From NCBI RefSeq assembly GCF_000007985.2, contig NC_002939.5, positions 3,480,001 to 3,512,000 on the forward strand: a stretch of DNA of 32,000 nucleotides. Direction: 5' to 3'. The translations under genes and the position numbers were made by a program. The stretch comes from Geobacter sulfurreducens PCA. Lineage in GTDB: Bacteria; Desulfobacterota; Desulfuromonadia; Geobacterales; Geobacteraceae. Positions 15,593 through 25,389 of this stretch are shown here, piece after piece. Each line of letters opens with the position of its first letter. The stretch's first letter is position 1. The notes beneath the pieces were generated by a model. That model had not been told where the DNA came from, made no database searches, and saw only the letters and a list, made by a program, of their open reading frames with translations.

Positions 15593-15784
15593 ATGGCACG
15601 AATACCGACGGTTGATCAGGATTCATGCATCAGCTGCGGGCTCTGCGTATCGACCTGTCCGGGAGTGTTCCGGTTCAACGAGGACGGCAAGTCGGAGGTG
15701 TATGATCCCAACGGGGCCAGCGAGCAGGAAATTCAGCAGGCCATCGACGGGTGCCCGGTTCAGTGCATCAGTTGGAAAGGATAG
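15593..15784 (+). CDS. small monocluster [4Fe-4S]/[3Fe-4S] ferredoxin
   Basis: AGGAGG at 15581-15586. The 63-aa product is MARIPTVDQDSCISCGLCVSTCP...GCPVQCISW (CxxCxxC...CP motif). The upstream part of track ORF 15491.. is non-coding-like. Confidence 0.85.
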   Translation: MARIPTVDQDSCISCGLCVSTCPGVFRFNEDGKSEVYDPNGASEQEIQQAIDGCPVQCISWKG

Positions 15785-15850
15785 CCATCAACCACGGCTC
15801 GGAGTGATGGAGAAGAAATCCCTCTCCGGCTGGAAAGGAGACCATGGTCC

Positions 15851-16009
15851 ATGGAGCGTTGGAGATGTACCATCTGCCAGTACGAGTATGACCCTGAAGC
15901 GGGAGACCCGGAAAACGGCATAGATCCCGGCACGCCTTTCGAGGAGTTGCCCGATGACTGGGTCTGCCCCATCTGCGGGGCGGGCAAGGATCTGTTCGAG
16001 CCGGCCTGA
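15851..16009 (+). CDS. rubredoxin
   Basis: Absent from the supplied track because it is under 60 aa. My translation is [52 protein letters not shown], with two CxxC knuckles and the conserved rubredoxin core. AAGGAGA lies at 15834-15840. Confidence 0.9.
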   Translation: MERWRCTICQYEYDPEAGDPENGIDPGTPFEELPDDWVCPICGAGKDLFEPA

Positions 16010-16037
16010 TCGGCGGCTCCCATTGTCACAGCGGCAT

Positions 16038-16069
16038 AAGCCTCCCGCACGGGAGGCTTTTCATTTTTT
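16038..16069 (+). terminator. rho-independent terminator after rubredoxin
   Basis: aagcctccc (16038-16046), loop gcac, gggaggctt (16051-16059), followed by ttcatttttt. Confidence 0.75.
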
Positions 16070-16246
16070 AGCCGCTTGGCTGGATTCCTTGATAATGTCT
16101 ATCTGTGTACTGCCCTTGACCACCCGTACCCGCCAGACAAGGCCACAGTCGCCGCACTCCTTCACGGGCGACTCTTCCGAGCTGAACCCTTCCGAATGCA
16201 TGTCGATCTGGACCGCTGTTCTGCTGCCGCAATGGGGACACTTCAT
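16061..16246 (-). CDS. small zinc-ribbon protein (61 aa)
   Basis: On the minus strand, AAGGAGA lies 6 nt upstream of the ATG (rc of 16244-16246). The product is MKCPHCGSRTAVQIDMHSEG...VKECGDCGLVWRV, with two CxxC pairs. The longer track ORF to 16429 has an R/P-rich N-terminus that is unlikely to be coding. Confidence 0.55.
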   Translation of the reverse strand: MKCPHCGSRTAVQIDMHSEGFSSEESPVKECGDCGLVWRVRVVKGSTQIDIIKESSQAAKK

Positions 16247-16328
16247 CGTTTTCTCCTTTCGCCCGGCCGCCGTTGGCCGACGATCTCGCCGTGCATGAAA
16301 GCCGGCGACCTGAACTAAATGGTTATAC

Positions 16329-16357
16329 AGTATAGCAGCAAACGGAGGAAATGTAAG
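16329..16357 (-). promoter_or_regulatory. possible sigma70 promoter for the zinc-ribbon gene
   Basis: The minus strand reads CTTACA, a 17-nt spacer, then TATACT. This is a by-eye match only. Confidence 0.3.
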
Positions 16358-16404
16358 ACCGGGACGCGAAGTCGCGCGGGATAAGTACTCCACGGTCGTT
16401 GCGC

Positions 16405-16433
16405 TTGATTTTTCGCCGGACGGATGCAATACT
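16405..16433 (+). promoter_or_regulatory. possible sigma70 promoter for tatA
   Basis: TTGATT (16405-16410), a 17-nt spacer, then AATACT (16428-16433), about 35 nt upstream of the tatA ATG. The hexamers are weak. Confidence 0.3.
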
Positions 16434-16468
16434 CGCTGACAACTCTATGGTTTTTTGGAGGTTACTGT

Positions 16469-16660
16469 ATGTTCGGATTCGGCATGCCAGAGCTTATCGT
16501 GATTCTGATTATCGTTCTGGTGGTATTCGGCGCGGGACGGCTGCCGGAAATCGGTGGTGCACTCGGCAAGAGCATCCGCAACTTCAAGAAGGCGTCCGAG
16601 GGGAAAGAGGAGATCGAGATCAAACCTCAGAAGAAAGACGAACCCAAAAAAGACGCCTGA
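16469..16660 (+). CDS. tatA: twin-arginine translocase subunit TatA/E
   Basis: GGAGG lies 7 nt upstream. The product [42 protein letters not shown]... is canonical TatA (TM helix, then an amphipathic helix). Confidence 0.9.
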   Translation: MFGFGMPELIVILIIVLVVFGAGRLPEIGGALGKSIRNFKKASEGKEEIEIKPQKKDEPKKDA

Positions 16661-16676
16661 TCCGCTCGAACAACAC

Positions 16677-16709
16677 AAAAAGGGGCCGGCAATCCGCCGC
16701 CCCCTTTTT
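16677..16709. terminator. bidirectional rho-independent terminator between convergent tatA and the TPR gene
   Basis: The sequence is aaaaa-ggggccggc-aatcc-gccgccccc-ttttt, an 8-bp GC-rich stem with two bulges. An A5 run on one side and a T5 run on the other allow function on both strands. Confidence 0.55.
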
Positions 16710-16780
16710 GTTATGCATCAGGCTCCATCCCGCCGCGCCGGACGTTTTCTCCCGAATCTGCGGCGCAACCGGCCCACTGA

Positions 16781-18697
16781 TTATGTGCCGCTTTTTTTCT
16801 TTCCGGACGACGAACTCTTTTTCGTCGATTTCTTTTTCGTTGTACTCTTCTTGGCGGAGCTTTTCTTGCCGGACCTCTTCTTGGAAACGGCGGACTTGCG
16901 CCCTTTGGTCCCTTTCTTCTTCACGTACCGCTTCGGCTCCGGGCTCAGCTCATCCTTGATGTTGCTGAGAAGAACAGCCGTCTCTTCCATGCCAGGGTCG
17001 GCCTTTTTGGCCGCTTCCAGGGCCTCCTTGGCCTCGGTAAGTTTGCCGGTTTTCAGATAGATGCGCCCCAGGGCGTTGAGAGCCTTTGCGTGATCATCCT
17101 TGAGTTCGGTCGCTTTCCGGTAGCTCACCTCGGCTGAATCGTAGTCCTTGCGGAATTCATGAATGAGCCCGAGCTTGTAGTGGCTCATGGCATCGTTGGG
17201 AGCCAATTCGACCCCTTCCTGGAGAAGGGGGACCAGTTCATCGTATTTCTTCTCCTTGACGTAAATAGCTGTCAGGATGTTGCGGGCCTCGGCATCGTCT
17301 TTTTTGATGCGGAGCACCTCGCGATACTGCTTGGACGCGTCGTCCATCTGGTTCAACTTGCGGTAGACGGCAGCGAGTTCCCGATGGGCTTCCAGGTTGT
17401 CCGGGTCCAGTTTGAGGGCCTCGTTGTAAGAGGCTATGGCATCCTTGGTGTTCTTCGAGGACATGAAACCGCGGGCAAGCTTGAGATGGAGGACGGGATT
17501 GCTGTCGCCCCGCTTGAGGAGTTCGCGGTACTGCTCAATGGCTTGGGGATGGCTGCCGCGCAGGGTGTAGATATCGGCGAGTCGGCGCCGGGCGTCACCG
17601 TGCTCGGCAGAGAGTCGAACCGCCTGTTTGTATTCCACCACGGCCTCGTCGATGAGCCCCTTGCGCTCGTAGATAATGCCGAGGTTGTAATGATTAGCGG
17701 CATTGCCGGGCTTTACTCGCAGCAGTTCGCGGTAGGATGCAATGGCATCGTCATCGAGCCCCGCGGCTGCCTGGGCACCGGACAGCTTATGCAGCACCTC
17801 CGCGGACCCGGGACGCTCTTTCAGGGCAGCACGGTACTCCTCCACGGCCTTGGGGAACTCTTTGGCTGCCATCCGTTCGTCACCCCGACGGAGGTATTCT
17901 TCGGGAAGGACGCCTCGTTGGCGCCCGGAAAGGGTGTATTCGTACTCGGCGGCCTTGCGATCACCAAGTTTTTCATATGCTTCTGCAAGGAGGAGGTGGA
18001 TGCCGCGGTTGCCGGGATTGGCCAGTTGGGCCTGCTTGAGTTCCTGGACCGCGCCTTCGGTGCGGCCATCGGCCAGATAGAGAGATGCGAGGGCAAGGCG
18101 GGCATTTTCATTGGCCGGAGCAACGGTGAGGGCCTTTTTCAGCTCCTTCTCCGCCTCTTCCTTTTTGCCTGCCTGCCGGTAGACCTGTGCGAGGTCCACA
18201 CGAATCGACGGGTCGTCGGGGAGTTCGCGCAGGGCTTCGGCATAATGATAAAGGGCTAGGGAATAGAGGGAGCGTTCAGCAAAAATTTTGCCGAGGCCCT
18301 GATGATAGCGGGGCTTGGAATCTTCGGCCAGGGCGCGGGTCAGTTCCACCACGGCCTCGTCGGCGGAACCCTTGGCCAGCAGGGCCAGGCCGAGACTTCC
18401 TTGGGCATCGGGAAACGAAGGGTCCATCCGGAGCGTTTCGCGATATTCCGTCACCGCCTGGTCGAAGCGTTTTTCACGCTCGGCCCGGAGCCCCTTGACG
18501 AAATGGCCGGCAGCGCCGTCGGAGCAATATTCGAGGATTCGTTTTTCAGTATTCGCCCGGGCGTCCTCATCCTCGCCCGAAAGTGATTTGACAAGCCTCT
18601 TCGCCTCCCAGCACCGCTCCTGGGCGGCAACTGCCTCCCCCCCCAGCGCGGTCGCGGCCGACAGGGAAAGCACGAAGAGTGTAAGGTATTTTTTCAC
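16781..18697 (-). CDS. exported multi-TPR-repeat protein with C-terminal Lys/Ser-rich polycationic tail
   Basis: GGGAGGA RBS then GTG (rc of 18695-18697). The signal peptide is VKKYLTLFVLSLSAATALGGEAVAAQ. About 15 TPR-like 34-aa units follow (e.g. AEAYEKLGDRKAAEYEY, YNLGIIYERKGLIDEAVVEYKQAVRL). The C-terminus is KKKGTKGRKSAVSKKRSGKKSSAKKSTTKKKSTKKSSSSGKKKSGT. Confidence 0.8.
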   Translation of the reverse strand: MKKYLTLFVLSLSAATALGGEAVAAQERCWEAKRLVKSLSGEDEDARANTEKRILEYCSDGAAGHFVKGLRAEREKRFDQAVTEYRETLRMDPSFPDAQGSLGLALLAKGSADEAVVELTRALAEDSKPRYHQGLGKIFAERSLYSLALYHYAEALRELPDDPSIRVDLAQVYRQAGKKEEAEKELKKALTVAPANENARLALASLYLADGRTEGAVQELKQAQLANPGNRGIHLLLAEAYEKLGDRKAAEYEYTLSGRQRGVLPEEYLRRGDERMAAKEFPKAVEEYRAALKERPGSAEVLHKLSGAQAAAGLDDDAIASYRELLRVKPGNAANHYNLGIIYERKGLIDEAVVEYKQAVRLSAEHGDARRRLADIYTLRGSHPQAIEQYRELLKRGDSNPVLHLKLARGFMSSKNTKDAIASYNEALKLDPDNLEAHRELAAVYRKLNQMDDASKQYREVLRIKKDDAEARNILTAIYVKEKKYDELVPLLQEGVELAPNDAMSHYKLGLIHEFRKDYDSAEVSYRKATELKDDHAKALNALGRIYLKTGKLTEAKEALEAAKKADPGMEETAVLLSNIKDELSPEPKRYVKKKGTKGRKSAVSKKRSGKKSSAKKSTTKKKSTKKSSSSGKKKSGT

Positions 18698-18968
18698 AAA
18701 GGTCCTCCCAGAGTGGTTTGCTGCGAACTCGCCGCAACGTGAGGTTCGCAAGGGTCGGTGCCTGGCGGGCAGGCCTGGGCCGGAACGGATAATGCGGGTA
18801 TCGTCGGGAGACGGAAACCGTAGGGGTGCTCCGGGCGGAGAAAACACGCGGCGTGAGTCTGTGGCGCCGCAGACCCCGTGGGAAGGAGAAGGCAGCCACC
18901 GGAGCGACAGGGTCCGGACGGGAAGGGGCGGTGCGGACATTGTTCCAGCCAGAATTGACGACGGGCGG

Positions 18969-18997
18969 ATTATACACAGACGTCAGCCAAATTTCAA
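18969..18997 (-). promoter_or_regulatory. near-consensus sigma70 promoter reading toward the TPR gene
   Basis: The minus strand reads TTGAAA (rc of 18992-18997), a 17-nt spacer tttggctgacgtctgtg, then TATAAT (rc of 18969-18974). This predicts a leader of about 265 nt. Confidence 0.55.
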
Positions 18998-19071
18998 ATC
19001 ATTGTCATGCAATCCCAAGCGGCAAGCCGAGTTATACCGGTTTTCGCTGTTGGGCTCCGGAGGGTATTACC

Positions 19072-19100
19072 TTGACTTCACGGCTAAAGATGATTAAATC
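19072..19100 (+). promoter_or_regulatory. possible sigma70-like promoter for hsp20-lon
   Basis: TTGACT (19072-19077), a 17-nt spacer, then TAAATC (19095-19100). There is no convincing sigma32 -10 (CCCCATnT) element. Confidence 0.3.
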
Positions 19101-19170
19101 TTCAAAAGCCGGAAGGGTGGGCACGAAGATGTGCGCCCTCTTCCGGCCTTTCTGAACTCGCGGGGTGAAC

Positions 19171-19620
19171 ATGGCCGCATCTCCCAAGGATCCGCTCGAC
19201 TGGGCAGCACTGCTGCAGCTCCAGATGGACGAGGCGTTCGACTTCATTCTTCGCTCGGAAGCCGGCAGCGTCGCCGAATGTGATCTTTCGCCGCCCGTCG
19301 ATATTTTCGAGACGCCGGATGCCTTTTCCGTGGAGTTCGACCTTCCCGGCACCGATCCCGCCGACTTGTCGCTGAAGCTTTGCTGCAACATGCTGATCCT
19401 TGAAGGGGTGAAGCGGGACGATTCCCGCGAAGGGGGCAGCTACCTCTGCCTCGAGCGCCGCTTCGGGCGCTTCTGCCGAACCGTCGAAATCCCGCCGACG
19501 GTTGATGTAAGCGCCGTCCGTGCCGACTATCGCCGCGGCGTACTGACAGTGACCTTTCCCCGCCTCAGCGACCGGCGGAAGGTCATGCGGGATATACCGA
19601 TCATACAAGGAGACAACTGA
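19171..19620 (+). CDS. Hsp20/alpha-crystallin family small heat-shock protein
   Basis: The alpha-crystallin domain reads [30 protein letters not shown]...LILEGVKR...[16 protein letters not shown]...[16 protein letters not shown]. The start is ATG 19171 or GTG 19165. Its stop overlaps the lon start (TGATG). Confidence 0.85.
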   Translation: MAASPKDPLDWAALLQLQMDEAFDFILRSEAGSVAECDLSPPVDIFETPDAFSVEFDLPGTDPADLSLKLCCNMLILEGVKRDDSREGGSYLCLERRFGRFCRTVEIPPTVDVSAVRADYRRGVLTVTFPRLSDRRKVMRDIPIIQGDN

Positions 19621-22079
19621 TGGATGACCATAAACAGGAAAACGAGGAGCTAAAAATACCGGACGTGCTGCCCCTGTTGCCGGTTCGGGACGTTGTGGTC
19701 TATCCGTACATGATTCTTCCGCTTTTCGTGGGCCGGGAGATTTCGATCAACGCCGTTGACCAGGCGCTTTCCAAGGACCGGCTCATCTTCCTGGCCACCC
19801 AGAAAGAGATCGGCGACGAAGATCCGACCCCCGAGGGGATCTACCCCGTGGGCACCGTAGCGATGATCATGAGGATGCTCAAGCTGCCGGACGGACGGGT
19901 CAAGATTCTCGTTCAGGGCCTTGCCAAAGGGCGGATCACTTCGTTCGTAGAATCGAAGCCCTACTACTCCGTAGCTATCGAGCGGGTGGTCGAGCCGACC
20001 CCTCCCGAGGATTCGCTGGAGGTGGAGGCCCTCATGCGGGCCGTGAAGGAGCAGCTCACCAAGATCGTCTCCCTCGGCAAGCCCGTCTCGCCCGAGGTGC
20101 TCGTCATCGTCGAGAACATGCAGGAGCCCGGCAGCCTCGCCGACCTGGTCGCCAGCAATATCGGCCTCAAGGTGGAAGAGGCCCAAAAGCTTCTGGAGAT
20201 CATCGACCCGGTGGAACGCCTCCAGCGGGTGAACGAACTCCTGAGCAAAGAGCACGAGCTCCTGGACATGCAGGCGAAGATCCAGACTGCAGCCAAGGAG
20301 GAGATGGGCAAAAGCCAGCGCGAATATTTTCTGCGCGAGCAGTTGCGAGCCATCCAGCAGGAGCTGGGCGAGACCGATGCCAGGTCCGAAGAAATCATGG
20401 AATTGCGCAAGGCCATCGAGCAGGCCAAGATGCCTCCGCCCGTCGAGAAGGAGGCCCTCAAGCAACTGGGACGCCTGGAGCAGATGCATCCGGAGGCCGC
20501 CGAAGCCGGAATGCTCAGGACCTACCTCGACTGGATGGTGGAACTCCCCTGGAGCACCTCGACCCGCGACATTCTCGACATCAAACGGGCGAGGAATATC
20601 CTGGACGAGGACCATTACTACCTGGACAAGATCAAAGAGCGGATTCTTGAATTCCTGGCGGTGCGCAAGCTCCGCAAGAAGATGAAGGGACCGATCCTTT
20701 GCTTCGTGGGCCCTCCTGGGGTCGGCAAAACCTCTCTCGGCAAGTCCATTGCCCGGGCCCTGGGCAGGAAGTTCGTACGCATCTCCCTCGGGGGCGTGCG
20801 GGACGAGGCCGAAATACGGGGCCATCGGCGCACCTACGTGGGAGCGTTGCCGGGGCGGATCATCCAGGGACTCAAGCAGGCGGGCTCCAACAACCCGGTC
20901 TTCATGCTCGACGAACTTGACAAACTCGGCGCCGATTTCAGAGGCGACCCCTCTTCGGCGCTCCTCGAGGTGCTCGATCCGGAACAGAACCACATGTTCT
21001 CGGATCACTACATCAACCTCCCCTTCAACCTTTCCAACGTGATGTTCATCGCCACCGCGAACCAGTACGACACCATTCCGGGGCCGCTGCTGGACCGGAT
21101 GGAAATGATCAACCTGTCGGGTTACACCGAGGAAGAGAAGCTGGAAATCGCCAAACGGTATCTCATCCCACGCCAGACCAAAGAGAACGGGATTACCGGC
21201 AAACACATCAGCTTTACCGACGACGCGCTCCGCACCATCATCGCCAAGTACACCCGCGAAGCAGGACTGCGGAACCTGGAACGGGAGATCGGCAGCGTCT
21301 GCCGCAAGGTAGCGCGCAAGATCGCCGAGGGGGAGAAGAAACTCTATCGCATCACCCCCGCCACGGTGGCCAAGTACCTCGGTCCGGCCAAGTATCTGCG
21401 CGAAGTGGAGATGGAGCACAACGACGTGGGCGTGGTCACCGGCCTTGCCTGGACGCCGGTGGGGGGAGAGGTTCTCTTCGTGGAGGCCACCATTATGAAG
21501 GGCAAGGGTGGGCTTACCCTCACGGGACACCTGGGAGACGTGATGAAGGAGTCGGTCCAGGCCGCCCTGTCCTACATCCGCTCCAAGGCACAGGAACTTC
21601 ACCTGCCTGAGGATTTCCTGGCCGGGGTCGACATCCACGTTCACGTGCCAGCCGGCGCCATCCCCAAGGACGGCCCCTCAGCCGGCATCACCATGGCAAC
21701 CGCCCTGGTCTCGGCCCTGACCCGCGTGCCGGTCCGCAAGGACGTGGCCATGACCGGCGAGATCACCCTGCGGGGCAAAGTGCTTCCCATCGGCGGGCTC
21801 AAGGAGAAGATGCTGGCCGCCATCCGGGCGGGGATCACCACCATCGTCATCCCCGAGCAGAACGTCAAGGACCTGGACGAGGTACCCAAGCCCATCCTCA
21901 AAAAGGTCACGGTGGTGTCCGCCAAGGTTATCGACGACGTACTGAAGGTGGCCCTGGAAAGCTATCCGCCGCCTCCGCCCGCCGCCGCCGAGGGGAAACC
22001 GGCCGCAAAGGCGCGTACCGCTCCGCGTCGCGGCATAGCGGCTCCCACTAAAGCCACTGCCGCCGGGGCCAAGGGGTGA
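19620..22079 (+). CDS. lon: ATP-dependent protease La (Lon)
   Basis: 819 aa. It has the LON N-domain ([24 protein letters not shown]), Walker [16 protein letters not shown], and a protease domain with [15 protein letters not shown] (catalytic Ser) and [20 protein letters not shown] (Lys). Confidence 0.97.
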   Translation: MDDHKQENEELKIPDVLPLLPVRDVVVYPYMILPLFVGREISINAVDQALSKDRLIFLATQKEIGDEDPTPEGIYPVGTVAMIMRMLKLPDGRVKILVQGLAKGRITSFVESKPYYSVAIERVVEPTPPEDSLEVEALMRAVKEQLTKIVSLGKPVSPEVLVIVENMQEPGSLADLVASNIGLKVEEAQKLLEIIDPVERLQRVNELLSKEHELLDMQAKIQTAAKEEMGKSQREYFLREQLRAIQQELGETDARSEEIMELRKAIEQAKMPPPVEKEALKQLGRLEQMHPEAAEAGMLRTYLDWMVELPWSTSTRDILDIKRARNILDEDHYYLDKIKERILEFLAVRKLRKKMKGPILCFVGPPGVGKTSLGKSIARALGRKFVRISLGGVRDEAEIRGHRRTYVGALPGRIIQGLKQAGSNNPVFMLDELDKLGADFRGDPSSALLEVLDPEQNHMFSDHYINLPFNLSNVMFIATANQYDTIPGPLLDRMEMINLSGYTEEEKLEIAKRYLIPRQTKENGITGKHISFTDDALRTIIAKYTREAGLRNLEREIGSVCRKVARKIAEGEKKLYRITPATVAKYLGPAKYLREVEMEHNDVGVVTGLAWTPVGGEVLFVEATIMKGKGGLTLTGHLGDVMKESVQAALSYIRSKAQELHLPEDFLAGVDIHVHVPAGAIPKDGPSAGITMATALVSALTRVPVRKDVAMTGEITLRGKVLPIGGLKEKMLAAIRAGITTIVIPEQNVKDLDEVPKPILKKVTVVSAKVIDDVLKVALESYPPPPPAAAEGKPAAKARTAPRRGIAAPTKATAAGAKG

Positions 22080-23062
22080 GACTCGGCGAGATCGGTGAAT
22101 TCGGCCTTATCGACAGGATTGCCGGCAAAGTAGCCGCCGGTGCCGGGGTTCGCCTCGGCATCGGCGACGACGCTGCCGTTACCGAAACGGAAGCGGGGCG
22201 CCTCCTGCTGTCCACCGCCGACATGCTCGTTGAAGGCATCCACTTTGACCTCTCCTTCACCGACCCCTTCAGGCTCGGCCGCAAATCCCTGGCGGTCAAC
22301 GTCTCCGACATTGCCGCCATGGGGGGACACCCTCGCCATGCGCTGCTCTGTCTTGCCATTCCAACCGATCTGCCGGTTGAATTTCTCGACCGGTTCGCCG
22401 ACGGCGTCATCTCCCTGGCAGAGGAATTCGGTGTCACCCTCATCGGCGGCGATACCTGCCGCTCCTCCTCCGGGCTTGTCATCTCCATCACCCTCCACGG
22501 CGAACAGGTCCCCACACGGATCATCCCGCGCAACGGGGCTCGGCCGGGCGACGACGTGTTCGTCACCGGTACCGTCGGAGATTCAGCCCTGGGGCTCGAA
22601 CTGCTGCGCAGAGGCGAACGCTCCGGACATGCCGTCGAACGCCACCTCAACCCCTCGCCCCGCGTCTCCGCCGGCCTGAGCCTGGCCGAATCGGGCATGG
22701 CCTCGGCCATGATCGACGTGAGCGACGGTGTCCTTGCCGACCTGGGGCACATCCTGACCGGCTCGGGGGTCGGCGCCCGCATCGACGCATCCCTCATCCC
22801 CCTTTCTCCCTACTTCAGCCAACGGGCGCCCGACGTGGCACCTGACCCCCTCTCTCTGGCACTGGCGGGAGGCGAGGACTACGAACTACTCTTTACTGCG
22901 GCGCCGGGACGGACGGCCGAGGTGGAAACGCTGCTGGCGGCGTGCGGCGTTACAGCGACCCGGATCGGTTCCATCGTTGCCGGGTCGGACGTCACGGTCA
23001 CCGCAGCAGACGGGACCCTTATCCCTCCGAGACGCCGCGGCTTCAACCATTTCGCGCCGTAA
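22076..23062 (+). CDS. thiL: thiamine-monophosphate kinase ThiL
   Basis: The GTG start overlaps the lon stop (GTGA). The product has [15 protein letters not shown]...GIGDDAAV...[11 protein letters not shown]...[13 protein letters not shown]...GGDT...[11 protein letters not shown], the ThiL/AIR-synthase-related fold motifs. Confidence 0.9.
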   Translation: MRLGEIGEFGLIDRIAGKVAAGAGVRLGIGDDAAVTETEAGRLLLSTADMLVEGIHFDLSFTDPFRLGRKSLAVNVSDIAAMGGHPRHALLCLAIPTDLPVEFLDRFADGVISLAEEFGVTLIGGDTCRSSSGLVISITLHGEQVPTRIIPRNGARPGDDVFVTGTVGDSALGLELLRRGERSGHAVERHLNPSPRVSAGLSLAESGMASAMIDVSDGVLADLGHILTGSGVGARIDASLIPLSPYFSQRAPDVAPDPLSLALAGGEDYELLFTAAPGRTAEVETLLAACGVTATRIGSIVAGSDVTVTAADGTLIPPRRRGFNHFAP

Positions 23063-23152
23063 ATCCTGCGCCGGCCCACTGCCTCGCGGCATCGCGCGTG
23101 CGCCGTCACGGAACACTTCTTGCTGTCTGTGGAAAGACGGATCAATCACCAC

Positions 23153-24043
23153 ATGATAAACAGGCACATGAACGAGCACAGACGGGTGAGCATCCCTCCC
23201 GAGGAACCGGCCGGCGGCTTTTCGGACACGGCATTCTCACGCATACGCGACATCCTCTGCACAAGGCGAAATTTTGACATCGCCAGCTACAAGGACAAAT
23301 ACATCAAGCGCCGGATCTCCATCCGGATCAGGGCGACCCGGGCGGCAACGGTCGACGACTACTGCGATCTGCTCCAGCGGAGCGAAGAAGAACTGGACCT
23401 GCTGGTTAAAGGGCTGACTATTCATGTGAGTCAGTTCTTCCGCAACCGATCCACCTTTGAAAAGCTCGGCACCGAGGTGTTCCCCGCGCTTTTTGCCCGA
23501 CTGAGAGCCGAAGGGCGGGAACACCTGACCCTGTGGAGCGCCGGATGCGCCGGAGGCGAGGAGCCGTTCACCCTGGCCCTCATCCTGGCAGAGCGGTTCG
23601 CGAAGGAGTTGGAAGAGTTCAAGGTTTCCATCGTTGCGACCGATATAGATGATGGGATCCTTGAAGCGGCACAGCAGGGGATGTATGGTCACGAACGTCT
23701 CCAGGAAGCCCCCGCTCACGTGCTCGACCGCCATTTTTGCCGTAACGGCGACAAATACTGCCTCAGTCCGGCCATCCGCGGGATGGTGGAGTTTCGCCGC
23801 GGAGACCTCTTCGACACCGGAAACCATGTGGAGAGCGATCTGATCCTCTGCCGCAATGTTCTTATCTACTTTGAACGGCGGGAGCAGGAACGCATTCTTC
23901 TGGGGCTATCCAATGCCCTCACCCAGGGCGGCATCCTGATCCTCGGCAAGGCCGAGACCCTCGTAGGAGAACTGCGGCGGCGCTTCGGGACCATCTGCCC
24001 GGTGGAACGGATTTACACGAAGAATCGCTTTTCGGTATACTAA
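23153..24043 (+). CDS. cheR: chemotaxis protein methyltransferase CheR
   Basis: It has the CheR N-domain (F..IRDIL......[18 protein letters not shown]), [10 protein letters not shown], and the SAM-binding segment [19 protein letters not shown]...VATDID...[10 protein letters not shown]. The start is ambiguous (TTG 23120, ATG 23153 or ATG 23168). Confidence 0.88.
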   Translation: MINRHMNEHRRVSIPPEEPAGGFSDTAFSRIRDILCTRRNFDIASYKDKYIKRRISIRIRATRAATVDDYCDLLQRSEEELDLLVKGLTIHVSQFFRNRSTFEKLGTEVFPALFARLRAEGREHLTLWSAGCAGGEEPFTLALILAERFAKELEEFKVSIVATDIDDGILEAAQQGMYGHERLQEAPAHVLDRHFCRNGDKYCLSPAIRGMVEFRRGDLFDTGNHVESDLILCRNVLIYFERREQERILLGLSNALTQGGILILGKAETLVGELRRRFGTICPVERIYTKNRFSVY

Positions 24044-24102
24044 CAGCCGTGATTTCCCCCCGACGACGTGCGGCTGCGGCGCCGTCGGCCAGTGGAGCGA
24101 GT

Positions 24103-25389
24103 ATGCGCATCCCTCTTGGCTACAAGTTCATCCTCGGATTCGTGGTGGTCGTGGCTGCGGTTGCCTTTGTTCCCACCGGCATCCGTCTCCTCGGCTACGC
24201 GCCCGAAATCACCCATATCCTGACTTACGTCGTGGCCATGACCATCGGCCTGATTCTCGGCTGGATCTTCTCGCGGGGAGTCGCGCGCAACATGGGGCTT
24301 CTGACCGATTCGGCCGAGGCCATCAGCCGCGGCGACCTGACCAGGGACGTGGCACTCCCGCCCGGGCGCTTCCCCGATGAGACAGTTGACCTGGGCGATT
24401 CCATCAACATCATGGTCGGCAGCCTCCGGGAGCTTGTGGGACACATCCGGACCACGGCCGAAAAGGTTGCTGCTTCTGCCCGCACCTTGTCCGATTCGAC
24501 GGTCGAGGTGAACTCCTCCTCCGAGGAGGTGGCCCAGGCCGTGGAGCAGATCGCCCGGGGCGCGGGCACCCAGGCTGAGATGGTGGAGCGAAGCTCCCGC
24601 ATCATCCATGAAATGGCCATCTCCGTAGAACTGGTGTCGAAGCGGGCGCGGGAATCGGCAAAGGCGGCCCAGGAAACGAGTCGCACCGCACGGCGGGGGC
24701 AAAAACTGGCCAATGACTCGCTGGAGCGGATGACCAGCTTCTTTGGCAAGGTTGAGGAGAGCAGCGCCCAGTTTCTCTCGTTCAACGCCCGACTGCAGCA
24801 AGTAGGCAAGATCGCTGACTTCATCGCCGAGATCGCCCGCCAGACGAATCTCCTGGCCCTCAATGCCTCCATAGAGGCGGCCCGGGCCGGAGAGTACGGC
24901 AAGGGGTTCGCCGTAGTGGCGGACGAGGTCCGGAAACTGGCGGACGGCACCGGCAAATCGGCGGCTCACATCACGGAACTCATTGCCGCGGTGCGCGAGG
25001 AAAGCCGTCGCGTCCAGCAACTCATCGAAGAAAGCTCCCGCGACATCGGCGAAGGGAAGCGCAACGTGGATATCACGGCCGGCGCCTTCCAGGATATTCT
25101 CTCCAACGCCCTGGAAACGGAGCGGAGGGCGGGCAGCATCGCCGACCTCTCCCACATCCAGACCGATGGAGCGCAGAAGATGGTCACTGCCGTCGACGAA
25201 ATCGCCCGGGTTGCCGAAGACAACGCCGCCGCCACCGAGGAGGTATCGGCCGCCTCCGAGCAGCAGGCAATCGCCATGCACGAGATGACCGTGGCCGCTC
25301 GCGACCTGGCCGACCTGGCCGGAGTCCTCATGGGAGTAGTGGAGCGCTTTATCCTTCCCCGTTCCGAGGGCGGCAACAAAGCGCCGTGA
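24103..25389 (+). CDS. methyl-accepting chemotaxis protein with two TM helices, a minimal periplasmic loop and a HAMP domain (DifA-like)
   Basis: ATG 24103 is preceded by GGAG. TM1 is [20 protein letters not shown], the loop is about 11 aa ([11 protein letters not shown]), and TM2 is [22 protein letters not shown] follows, then the conserved signalling hairpin [40 protein letters not shown]. Confidence 0.9.
   Translation: MRIPLGYKFILGFVVVVAAVAFVPTGIRLLGYAPEITHILTYVVAMTIGLILGWIFSRGVARNMGLLTDSAEAISRGDLTRDVALPPGRFPDETVDLGDSINIMVGSLRELVGHIRTTAEKVAASARTLSDSTVEVNSSSEEVAQAVEQIARGAGTQAEMVERSSRIIHEMAISVELVSKRARESAKAAQETSRTARRGQKLANDSLERMTSFFGKVEESSAQFLSFNARLQQVGKIADFIAEIARQTNLLALNASIEAARAGEYGKGFAVVADEVRKLADGTGKSAAHITELIAAVREESRRVQQLIEESSRDIGEGKRNVDITAGAFQDILSNALETERRAGSIADLSHIQTDGAQKMVTAVDEIARVAEDNAAATEEVSAASEQQAIAMHEMTVAARDLADLAGVLMGVVERFILPRSEGGNKAP

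Noticed and set aside
17159-18259. 366-aa plus-strand ORF
   Set aside because: It is antisense to the TPR-repeat gene. It has no RBS and no recognisable motif, whereas the minus-strand product has regular TPR periodicity and a signal peptide.
18698-18940. N-terminal 81-codon extension of the TPR ORF (track start 18940)
   Set aside because: The extension is Arg/Pro/Ser-rich and non-coding-like. A GGGAGGA RBS plus GTG at 18697 is followed immediately by a canonical signal peptide, so I treat the extension as 5' leader.
18698-18962. Possible GEMM-I / cyclic-dinucleotide riboswitch in the TPR leader (common in Geobacter)
   Set aside because: Only a CAAACC fragment near the RBS resembles the motif. 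The paired GGCAAACC...GACGCAAAGCC core and tetraloop/receptor arrangement are not present by eye. The leader is kept as an unclassified structured leader in the findings.
19650-21644. 664-aa ORF on the minus strand
   Set aside because: It lies entirely antisense to lon, whose plus-strand product has unmistakable Lon motifs. The antisense translation is Gly/Arg/Leu/Val-rich with no recognisable domain. This is typical of spurious open frames opposite GC-rich genes.
24040-25281. 413-aa minus-strand ORF, plus 24225..24956 and 24966..25709
   Set aside because: These are antisense to the MCP and cheW genes. They are low-complexity Gly/Arg-rich translations with no start-site support.
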